Assembly: GCA_000165425.1 (NCBI GenBank)
Contig: CT868085.1
Span: 124,001 to 188,000, forward strand
Reading direction: 5' to 3'
DNA: 64,000 nt
Source of the DNA: Paramecium tetraurelia
Taxonomy: Eukaryota
Shown here: piece by piece, positions 53,322 through 64,000 of the stretch
Numbering within the stretch: position 1 is the stretch's first letter
How the letters are laid out: each line of letters starts with the position of its first letter
Position numbers and translations under genes: made by a program
Notes under the pieces: generated by a model
Databases searched by the model: none
Seen by the model: the letters and a program-made list of their open reading frames with translations, nothing else
What the model was told of the DNA's origin: nothing

Positions 53322-56300
53322 ATGAATTGCAGATTTGATTAAGAAATCGATACCATTCAGCAAAACCCCATAAATCCAAGCAACTCCCATTCCAGCAAAC
53401 AAAAGAACTATCTTTGCAACCTTTTAAGTAATTTATGCATTCATATCCTCATCAGATATTTAATAGCCAATTAACAAAGAACAAGACAAATATTCAGATA
53501 ATATTAAAATTTAGCAAAAATCTAATCAATCTATCAATGACGTACACAACAGACATTCCTTCAAGCCCAGAATGTCCACAACGCCCAATTTAGAAGAAGT
53601 AGAGAGAATCGATAGAATCAGCAATTAATTTTAATAAACCATGGCCAAACTGGAAGAAGCCCAAGAACTCAACTCTACCCATAATTAAGATGCATACCTT
53701 TAAAAAGTTGTTATTGTGCAATCCAAAATCCGTTCTTTTTTAATGAGAAGACAGTACCTGAACCTCAAAACGCAATTTCAATATAGAAAAAGAGTTCTTA
53801 ATGAACTTTTTATAACCGAACAATCGTATTGCTAAGCACTAACAATATTGATAAATGCGTATTTAAAACCATTAAGAGAACAAAATAAATTAATATCTTC
53901 ATAAGTTATTTAATAGATATTTTCTAATGTGGAAGCCATTTAATAGCTCTCTGTCGACATCCTGGAAATATTCAGGAAGAAACAAGAACAATTTACATAT
54001 TATTCCCTTGTAGCCGACATATAATTGCAGCAACACATTTCTTTCTTTAAAATTTACTCAACCTATTTGGTTAACTATTAAAAAGCTTTTAGTGTACAAA
54101 TGAAATTAAAAAAGGAAAACAAACCTTATAAGCAATTCTTAGATGCAATAGACAAATAAAATCAAGGAAAGACCTTAGAATCCTATTTCTTGATTTTACC
54201 TGTATAACGTATACCTAAGTATGTGCTTTTATTTAAGGACCTCTTAAAGAATACACCTCAAGATCATCCTGACTATGCTAATATTAAGTTGGTTCTTGAT
54301 AAATTTGAATAAGTTGCCAATTAAAATAACAAATCAATGGATAGTCTACTTAAAAATTAAAAGCTATTTGATTTATAAAAATAGTATGGGAACTTCGTAA
54401 AAATCCTAGAATAAAATAGATAATTTCTAAGAGAAGAATCTCTTCATATGTACTTCACAAAAGGAGCCTAAATCAAACCTGTCATTGTTTATTTTCTTTC
54501 TGACTTGATTCTTGTAACAGAAAGAGATCAGACAAAATAAGAACATAACTTTAAAACTTACATCAAACTTAATTATTAAAGCAAATGTCAATAATTACCT
54601 GAAATGTACAAGTATAAGTATTTATTTCAAATTAATGGTGTTGACAACTCTGTTATCTTTGTAGTTCTCAGTTAAAATTCACAATAGGACATGTAAGAGT
54701 ATATTAATTTGGTCAATCAAGAGATCAAGGAACTTTAGGATAAAAAAGCAGAAAGAGAAAAAGCACTTTAAGACATGATCCCTGAAAAATAAAAAGTTAA
54801 TCAAATTGATAATGTAAGTGTCTCCATATAAATTATTGGAACTGAAGATGTCATTGATGCAACTAATAATAAATTTACTTAATATATATTTGAGATAGAT
54901 ATTAACAATAATATTACTTAAAAGATATACTTAAGATACAGTTTGTTTAAGAAAATATAGCAAGAAGTGAAAACTCTGTTTCCAAAAATAAAAATATCAG
55001 AAATTAAAGAGAATTCGTATTTTGATAGAAATGAGGCTGCAGTGATAGATGTATATATTATATGTTATTATTAGAGAAGGAAAATTTTAATGATAGAATT
55101 TCTTTAGATATTATTGAATGCATCTGAGTTTAAGGAGAATAAAACATAAAACTAATTAATTTTAGCATTATTGGGATTGCCTGAAAACTTTTATGATTTG
55201 CCTGCGATTCTAGTGAAATAATACAGATAATCTATTATGGGAGTTGGAATTAATTTTAGAGCATCTAAAAAACCGGCGAGTGGAACTGTAGATTTTTCAT
55301 AGAACTCAGTCAGTTTTAGTTCAAATGAAAATTCGAATTTCACAACTATGATCACCTAAATTAGTTCCCCCAGGGAGGCTCATAAATAAATTGAAATATA
55401 ATCATCTGCCTTAAAGTTTTCAGATTAAAAGACTGAGTAGACTACAGGCTAGGTTGCAAAAGATCCTTAAACTCCGGTTCGAGGATTGAGAGCTGCAAGC
55501 ATGAAAAATTTAAGAAAGATTTCTGCTACTCAATTATTGGCTGTAGAAAGCAAAGGAAATTCTAGACAAAATTCAGTAGTAGACAAGGAGTTTTTGAATT
55601 CTATTTAGGTTAAAATAAAAGTCATGATATTTCTAAGTTTTAAATAGGTTGAGAAAGAGTTTTTTATAAACAAAGACACATCAGCTTTTAACTTAATGGA
55701 AGAGATAGCAACTGAAATATAACTTTAATCTGCTTACGATTTTAGATTATATTATATAGATAACACCTACTTAAAACCTTTGGATAATGATGAGAGGCTG
55801 TGGAATTTTTTAGTCAGATTTGATGAACCTTTTGGTCTGTTTAAAAAGTCTTAGAAAGTACCTCTTTATAATGGAAAATTGCTATAGCTCAGGAAACACT
55901 TATATGTATCGAATAAGGAAGAGACAGATTATTACACTTAGGACTTGGTGAGATTACAATTAATCAGTTATCAGTTATTTGACGATATTAGTAATCTGAG
56001 ATTAACACTGGGTCCTAAAGATCATATTCTCTACACAGCCTTTTACCTGTATATAAATGGGCACAAAACAATAGATCCAAAAAAAATTCCTTTGAATGAA
56101 ATTAAAAAGGTAATAAAATAATTGAGCTTGTTAGTTTCTCCCTCCGATAGCCATAAAAATCATAACATAAGACGAATGGAGTAATTTTCTGCCCACTTTA
56201 GTGCAAAATTTTCATAGCTAAATTATAAATGAGAAGTAGAATTAAAAGCAATAGATGAAATCAGAATACAATTTAAGAAATAATTAAAATGAGATGACTG

Positions 56301-56797
56301 AAACACATTTTGCATTATTGGTTTTTTTGAATTTGTTAAAATCTAAGAAGTTTTTTGGAGTTGCAAAATTCTCTGTGAAACCTGAGAAGGATAACATAAA
56401 TAAAATAATGGAGTTAAGCACTAATTATTGGAATAAAAAGAAGTTGCAAGATAAATCATTATAAAATTATAATACAGAAAATATAAAGGGAGTGTCATCT
56501 TTATGTTTAGGAGTTGGTTATAATTCCTTAATAGTACTTTCATCTTTCATTTCATCATTCGAATTGATAGAGATAGGTTTCGATGAAATTGAGTCTATCA
56601 GTTCTTTATAAACTACATTAAGTATATATTTGGAGGAAGCAACTAAGCAGAGCAGCAATTAAAAGAGTAATTAAAATAATAAAGAGAAACTTTGCTTAAA
56701 ATTTGAAACAGAAAAAAGCTATTAGATAAAATAGTTGGTTGATGAATATTTCAAACTGCAAATGGAAAATCAATAATAAACAGATGAATATATTTGA
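53322..56797 (+). CDS. RhoGEF (DH-PH) protein with IQ, PX and FERM-like domains
   Basis: IVQSKIRSFLMRRQY (IQ); RVLNELFITEQSY..IFSNVE..LILPVQRIPKY..KNTPQDHPDY (DH); FTQYIF..LRYSLF (PX); LQLRKHLY..FLNLLKSKKFFG (FERM-like). Confidence 0.88.
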
Positions 56798-56899
56798 AAT
56801 AAATGATTTTGATATGAAATAATTTATGTAAATTTTCTCCATTACTTTATATCTAATTAAGAATGTAAGTATTATAAATCTATTTTAAGTATCAAAGTA

Positions 56900-58333
56900 T
56901 TTCCCATTTTAACAGCATCCTTTTTAATTATTTACAGGATCCACCTATTAAATTACTATATTTTCTCCATGGCTTTAGTCATTTAATTTATTTCCAGATT
57001 AATTCAATCCTTATTCATCATGAGTCAATAATTTGTTTTGTTCGGTATCATTAACTAACTATTTACAATTTTTCTATCTATCAGCTAGAACAGCCTATTC
57101 AGCGCTTTCTTTAATTTAATTATTCTGAGGGCTATTTTATCTCTCTCTGTATTATTTATTATTACAATTCTGGTTACACAGGTTCATCCAAAAGTATTAT
57201 TAATTATTTTTTTAAGATTCTTATGGAGGATCTTCATTTGTAAATTATTGTTGAGTTCTCTAAACCTATTCTTATTCAACTTATTGTGGCTAATCAGAGA
57301 CAACATAATAAATCTGTTATTATATTTCATAAAATCAATTAGATTAAATTCTACTTGATTATATAAATCATTTAATTCTTCTTCTTCTTCAATTGAAGCT
57401 TTCAAATCGTATTTGAATATCCAAAAAATCAAGTAAATCCAAATTATAAGGTGGCTTAATTTTCAAAATATTTCTACCAAAATTCGGTCAAATTTGATTA
57501 GTTTCCTCCAAATTTCTCCTTCATTAATTAGGTTCAATGAATTCTTATAATTATTTAATTTCTTTATGAGAGGGAACTAATCTTATTAATTGTCTGTGGG
57601 TTCAAAAAAGTCTTGATTTATTAGAATAAGAATTTAATTCCACTTGAAGGATTCAAAATAAACATTCTCTTAAGATACCCTAGATAGTAATCAAACTGTC
57701 TATCAATACTTCTGAGATTTCTATGGCACACCTTAACCTCCGAGATTATTAATCTCTAATAGAAATGCCCAAGTTTCCACCTCTCCTGGGATCAACATGT
57801 ACTTCTGTACTATTCCCAAAAGAAATGACAAAGCTTAATAGAATAATTCCTTGTCATGCTAAGCAAGTAGTAGAAATGTAATATACCTATTTTGATCAAT
57901 AAATGGGAATTCAGGATGATTGGTCTGAATTACTTATCTCGGCCCAAAAGGTAACAGATTCCTTACTTAAAAATGATTTGATTGTGTATTTATTTTATCA
58001 TAAATCCTGTTATATCTCCAAAGTATATGTTCACGATGTTTCTTTTTATAAATAACAGTATTCATTTAACACTTCTTTAATATTGGATCTACCTGCATAA
58101 AATAATCTTAAATAATCGCTTTCCTTTCAACTAAATTAATTTATTAATTTGCTTTTTTTATCTCCTCCTTGAATTCCTTCCTCTTCACCATTACAAACAT
58201 ATCATAAACAACTGTTTCATAGATTTTCCTAACTCCCTACTCCTAATCATTATGTTTTTGATATAATGGTCTAAAAAACAAATTGAATTTGATTGGCCTC
58301 TTATAGTGGAGCTAGGTATGAATAATCAATCAT
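56900..58333 (-). pseudogene. Degenerate CRAL-TRIO/Sec14-like lipid-binding gene
   Basis: Motifs KESDYLRLFYAG, GICYLLGRDKQFRPI, MLIPGEVETW, RMFILNPS, KFGG lie in different frames; TGA at 58127-58129 where Trp is expected; canonical small introns cannot repair the frame. Confidence 0.75.
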
Positions 58334-58397
58334 TTTTTAAATTAATTATCAAAAGCCTTATAACAATTTAAACACATTTCATATTTATATCTATAAT

Positions 58398-59202
58398 TCA
58401 AAGCTCGTCCTTCTTTTCCTTCTCCTTTTGAGACTCAAAACTGAAAATTTATCTGATATTGATGATGTATTCTCCATTTTCCACTCTGGTGAATGGGACA
58501 TTAGGTAATTAGGCTAACAACACTCCTGGGTTCAATGAGCCAGTTCTCAATTCATTGACCAATCCATTCAATCTTTAATGGTTGCTCTTTAATATTTGAA
58601 TCGATTAATACTCTAATAGCATTCACTAGAACATTTCTAATTGGAATCTCTGATTTCTTAATTGCAGACTTGATGATGTCCAATGATAACAATTATTTGG
58701 TTATGTATTCTATTACGACATTCACGTCCAAAGAAACAGAGCCATAATCAATCTCCACTTCTGAGCATCTGAAGTGTGTTGGGCCAATGTTGAAGATGAT
58801 TGAGACAAACAAACTAAAATATTAATGCTCAAATACTCTTCTATTTTGATTGGGATAGTGTATTTATTCTCGACTACTAAATCAATATTGAAAGTGGGAG
58901 CTGAGATTTCCAAAATGTCATGATTCACATCATAATCAACCTTTATTTTATTTCTTTTTATTTACTTTTAATTAGGCAAAATTGTGAATCCTTATTTATG
59001 TAATCCAATAATCCAAAGCCAATTTCATAGCTCCCATATAATCCAAACCCTCAGCTGAAATAGCGGTATATTGATTTGTGAATTCACTTATAAAATTCAA
59101 AAAGAATGACTTAGCCTCTTCTCTATGTTCTTTATCTTAAAAGTAGGCTTGAGAGGAAACAAACAATAGTGAGAGTAGGAGTATACTTGTAATACGTGTC
59201 AT
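58398..59202 (-). CDS. ER-luminal protein of unknown function, signal peptide and C-terminal KDEL (243 aa)
   Basis: MTRITSILLLSLLFVSSQA; introns of 25, 23 and 25 nt give an ORF ending EKEKKDEL-TGA. Confidence 0.82.
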
Positions 59203-59584
59203 TTTAATTAATTTATTATTATTTTCTGGAAAATTCCAAGTTATAACAGTCTAATATAAAATGGAACAATCTCATTAAACTCTAATACTCTTTAATTAAG
59301 GATTTTATTATTGTATATCAACCCAAAAATTAAATTCCCAGTTTTTAAGGATACTTTAATTTTAAATATTTCTTTTTAATCAAGATGGCCATAAGTCCAA
59401 ATTTAATATATCGAAATATGAATGAATTTTTAAAATCAATTCTACATGATCTTTCTTAAATTAAAATTAGAATACTTTGTAGCATATATAATTAAAGACT
59501 GTTTCATTGATTAAATGAATTCATTTAGGAAATAATACTCTATAAAATTACGAAATTGATATTATTAACAATATATAAATTAAA

Positions 59585-60485
59585 ATGTAAATAGAGGAAA
59601 ATTTGCATCACGATAAGAAAGAAGTTTTTCTACCAGGAGATTTGTTATCTGATGAAACAGGATTTATTAGTGGAACCAATACTTATGAAGAGCAAGGGAA
59701 AATATTCTCCAGCACCACAGGAACTATTAATCAGACAAATAAGTAATCACTTTAATAATTCAAAGATTGATTATGATAAAACCAATTAAATGCAGTTATT
59801 AACCATAAATTGGAGAAATAGTAATAGGCTAAATTGTGTAGATTAGGGATAAAAAGTGGATTGTAAATATTGGGTCAAGTTCAGAAGCTACTCTTCACTT
59901 GAATTCGACTTATTTGCCTGAACAAGTAAAATTATCTATCATTATTTAGAGACAAAAAACAGAGGACGATGAAATGAATATGCGATAAATATTTGCTGAG
60001 AACGATCTAATTTGTGCAGAAGTTCATTGTAATTATTATAAATATTCTAAAAATTAGCTGTCAATAACGATAAATCTGTTAATCTTCATACGAGAGGACT
60101 TAAATATGGTAAAATTGAAGATGGATTACTCATTAAAGTCAATCACTACTTGATTGTGAAATAAAAAAGGCATTTTATTAAACTCAATAATAATGTCAAT
60201 ATGATATTGGGTCATAATGGATAGATATTCTTAAGCAATTAGGACAGGACCACAAATAATTAGAAAGTAATCTATTGCTAAAATTACACTGTTTAATAAA
60301 GAGTTGATATCGCAAACACAGGAAAGGCGATTAAATTCTTATAACAAAATCAATATAAAATCTCACAAATCAGCATAGAAAAGGTTTTAAATTATATTTC
60401 AGAGAAAAAGCCATAAAATGATTGGATAATATTAATTGAGTAATTCTTTTTAGAATAAAAGACAAAATAATAATAAGATTAATGA
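59585..60485 (+). CDS. RRP4: Exosome complex component RRP4 (EXOSC2)
   Basis: VFLPGD, YQPQIGEIVIG, KKWIVNI, DEMNMRQIF.ENDLICAEV, LHTRGLKYGK, ILGHNG. Confidence 0.92.
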
Positions 60486-60753
60486 TCTAAGTGTAATTAT
60501 ATTGCTAAATCAACATAATAATATATATTGTTCAACCAATTAAATATATAAACTATTTCAAGTAATCTTCTTCTTCCAATTAAATTGTTTGTCTAAAAAA
60601 TTTTTTAAATATTGTTGAGAATATAGTTTCTTAATTAGTTGATAAGTATTTAAATTGGATTTAAATATAAGCTTGTATCGTAACTCAAAAACAAAAACGT
60701 TAATGATTATATACTTTGAGTTTGAAGTTTATTATAAAATCATTAATATTTAT

Positions 60754-61874
60754 TCATATTTTAATATCAGAAAAATCAGCTGATTTAATGAGTGACAATC
60801 CTTATTAAGCTATCGGTAACTCGGCTTATAATTGATTAAAATTTTAGTTATAAATATCAGTATCAACAACATAAGTTTCATTCTCTAAATCTAATTGCTA
60901 TTGATATTGAAGTCTATCAGCTTCTCTTTGGATCAAGAATTAAGTACAATCATTTAATTTTTCTAAATATCGATTGAAATATGTTACAAGTAGTTGCATC
61001 CAAATCAACTTATGCTTAGTTAATTTATTTTTAAAATTCAAGGTGTTCAACGTCCAATTGATCTAATCTTTCTAAAAATTCTTCGTAATTAAGTTATTCT
61101 TATTTAGTTAAATCATTCATAGCATCAACAATTTAATTTCTAAATTCATTCAAAGCATCAACTATTTATTTTAGAATTTCTGAATCAGCAAAATTCTAAT
61201 TGAGTGCTATCTGGAGTAATGCCAGCACCATAGGTCCTTAATTAACGCGATTCCATTATTTCTATGACAATCTCTTTAAAGTAAACTTAATGTTCTTGAT
61301 TTGAAATAGTGAAGGATTGGATAATGAACTTACTAAATTGATGGCATCATCTGCTGCATCGATAGCTTCATTATCTTCTTGTATTTGTTGTTAGTATGCT
61401 TAATTTTCTTAATCTCTTAGCAAAGTTATTTCATCTACGTTTTTTCTATTAAATTCATCGTTTTCAATTAAGGATTCAATTCTAGTAGTAATTTAAATTT
61501 TTCTTGGCATAAGCAAATTATCTATCACATCCATCATCCTTGCAATGTCTGAATCAGCATCTTATAATTATTAACTAACTTGAACAATATATGAGTTGTG
61601 CTCATTGGTTCGCATTAAAAATGTGTATTAAACATCTTCCATATTATTGTTGATGTCTTGGATCTATTATTATGGTCTTTTTTACTAATTCTTCAATCAT
61701 TTCAACAAGTTCCTAAATCGGTCCCTAGACCTATGAGTGCAAGTTGACAAGATTTAAAATCGCTTAGCCTAATTTAGTTCTTTAGAGTTCTTCTAATTTC
61801 TTAGCATGACTGATTTTTGATGAAATTCCATAAGTGAGTCCGATTAATGCAAGTAACACCAAGGCTAATTTCAT
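60754..61874 (-). CDS. Trichocyst matrix protein precursor (TMP family)
   Basis: Signal peptide; KKLEELQRTKLGQAILNLVNLHSQVQGPIQELVEMIEEL; acidic helical repeats; 22- and 25-nt introns, 358 codons. Confidence 0.85.
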
Positions 61875-62216
61875 AAAATTAATTATATTTTATATCCGTT
61901 TTATTAATTCTTATCGAATTGTGCCATCAAATTATGTAATCAAGTTGATCTAAAATTGAATAAATCAGATTAACTAAGCCTATCAATCATAAATGACAAG
62001 ATTTGATAAAAATATAGATGAAAAATAATAATGATAGTTTTAAATTTTTAAATTCTATTTCTATCTTTTTTAATAGTTGCCATAATATTTACTGATAAAT
62101 TTAAAGATTGAATCTTCTCTCAAAAATGAAGATGGGATGAATTAATAAATGAATAGCTAAGGAGTAATAATAAATATTAATATGTAAAATCTATTTCTAT
62201 TTATTTTATTAATATT

Positions 62217-64000
62217 TCAATTCTAAAATAATTTTTATACTTTTAAAAAGAATTCTTTGGTTGTTTCAATGTTCTCTTAGTGATGCTCAACTTAGGATTC
62301 AATAATTCCAGCAAATGTAGATTCGTATTCTTTAAGCTTGACTGATCCATCCTCTAGAATTATGTTTGGTTGCAATTCCAATCTTCTTGGGAACTTATTT
62401 TAAATAAAAATGCTTCTATAATTGAGGAACTAGTCATTAACATCAGCCAAATTACTGAAGAATTGAACACCTTCATTTCCTGCTCCTATGGACTTGAAGA
62501 CCTGCAAGTGTAATATTAAGTTAGAAATGGCTTTCTTACCAGTTGTGTATAATTTAGATTAATCAAATTTAACGTGCAGATATGGTTTACCGTTTAATTG
62601 AGTTTCTGTGATTTTGATAATGTCTGGGTCCTCTCTAATTAGAGATTACAAGATGACATTTCTAGATAATGAATGTGCTTAGCCCCATTTCTTTTATTCT
62701 GGATTATAAAATTCCAATCCTTAAATAGCTCTATAAACTATAGAGATCCACCCTGCAAAAACAATTTCCTTTCTTTCTTCTTCTGATCTGTTTGGTAACA
62801 TCAATTTCACTACATCATCATAAGTTGTCAAATATAATGCAGTAGCATCAGCCTTACATTCTTCCATGGCTCCTGAGAATTCTCCAAATTTGCCATGCCA
62901 TTATTCTCCAGGATTGTAGTATGAATCAACTTTCTTGTTTGTCAATGGATTGACTGTATTTTCAAGATTGAAATTTAAATTTCCCTCCTTATCTTTCATG
63001 AAGACTTTACCTGCACCATGACCTATCAATTCATGAAGAGCAATAACTAAGAAAATAGCTTCTGTTTAATATTTATAGAATATCTCTTATTCCGCTTGAT
63101 CCAAGAAGTTCATGGATTCCTTTGACAATTTTCCTAATGCATTGCCTATATTAACATTCTTAAACCCTTCTGTTTATCTAATATCATCATAATTAGGTAT
63201 GTTGATACCCGAAGGTGTACCAGAAGTAGCAAAGGCCAGAACTTCTAATGAAGTGAAATCTGGTCTTTTATATACATCAACTTCAAATTCTTTTGGCCAT
63301 GGTAAATACTTAATGATATCTTCAGCCTTGTCAACTAATCCATTTAAGAGAGCACTTTCTTCTTTGTTAACTACAGCCACAAAGCCTTCCCATTCAGCAC
63401 GAACTTTAAGTGGATCCAAATAGGTCTCAATGAACCCAATGTTAGTTTCAATGGCAGGTCCTTTATCCTTGATCCAATGTCTCTATGATTATTTATGCAA
63501 TTCGACATCTCCACTCTTGAAATGTTCAATGTATGCCTATATCATGTTCTTTTGATTATCATTCGAAGCATATTGGAGAGCAGCTGTCAGATGAGTTACG
63601 ACGCTATTAAGAAAAGGAGCGAAATCTCCATAAACCAATTTGACTTTGTGGTGATGTACTTCTCCTAGATCCTTCTCACCTTCATTAACGGAGGCTACTA
63701 ACACATGGATTTCATCTCCAACCTTAACAACTCTTGTGTTTAATTCAGATACTCCCTAAGCAATCAAGTATTTGTCGACAGCCTCCAACAATTCCCCACT
63801 CAAATTATTACTATAATATGAATTTGAACCGTTCTTATCTTATAAATCAATCAATCCATATGGTTTTTCGTAATTGTAGATATATTTACGAATACTATCC
63901 CAAACTTAATCAACTTAATATCCTGGAGATGTTGTAATGAATTGTTCAAACTTCTCCTAACTTACCTCAGGTACGAATTTGGAATCTCCAAAATTTTTGA
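62217..64000 (-). CDS. DPP3: Dipeptidyl peptidase III (M49), 5' part outside window
   Basis: HELIGHG (HExxxH), [44 protein letters not shown]. Confidence 0.96.

Noticed and set aside
1..64000. Prokaryotic-type systems (CRISPR, defence operons, IS elements), telomeric C4A2/C3A3 repeats, transposases, tRNA/rRNA
   Set aside because: No repeat-spacer array, telomere tract, transposase motif or cloverleaf seen by eye; tRNAscan-SE or Infernal would be needed to exclude small RNAs

Overview
AT-rich, gene-dense eukaryotic DNA from a ciliate macronuclear chromosome, almost certainly Paramecium. Genes read through only with the ciliate code (TAA/TAG=Gln, TGA the sole stop) and contain tiny GT-AG introns of about 22-32 nt, so the supplied ORF track is mostly fragments or wrong-frame artefacts. 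Hand translation supports about 35 protein genes. Recognisable ones are a USP9X/24/34-like deubiquitinase, an SLC25A39/40-like carrier, a methyltransferase, a cyclin, two AGC kinases, RPS2, RPL13a, PhoD, a CFAP97-like protein, DNAAF1, MORN, ankyrin and mini-antigen genes, TRAPPC6, a 3R-Myb, a CDGSH protein, a C2/TM protein, PHPT1, a CNBD K+ channel, a RhoGEF, RRP4, a trichocyst matrix protein and DPP3. There is one clear Sec14 pseudogene and several decayed relics. Most notable: a two-cluster CDGSH protein with a natural His->Cys ligand swap; a ~1850-aa secreted beta-sandwich protein with a super-repeat; a tandem trio of diverged paralogs of an unrecognised family sharing one intron position; and two microproteins (twin-CX3C small Tim-like, DnaJ-type Zn finger). 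I saw no tRNA, rRNA, telomere, transposon or CRISPR features. All calls come from manual translation and motif recognition, not database searches; boundaries may be off by a few nt.
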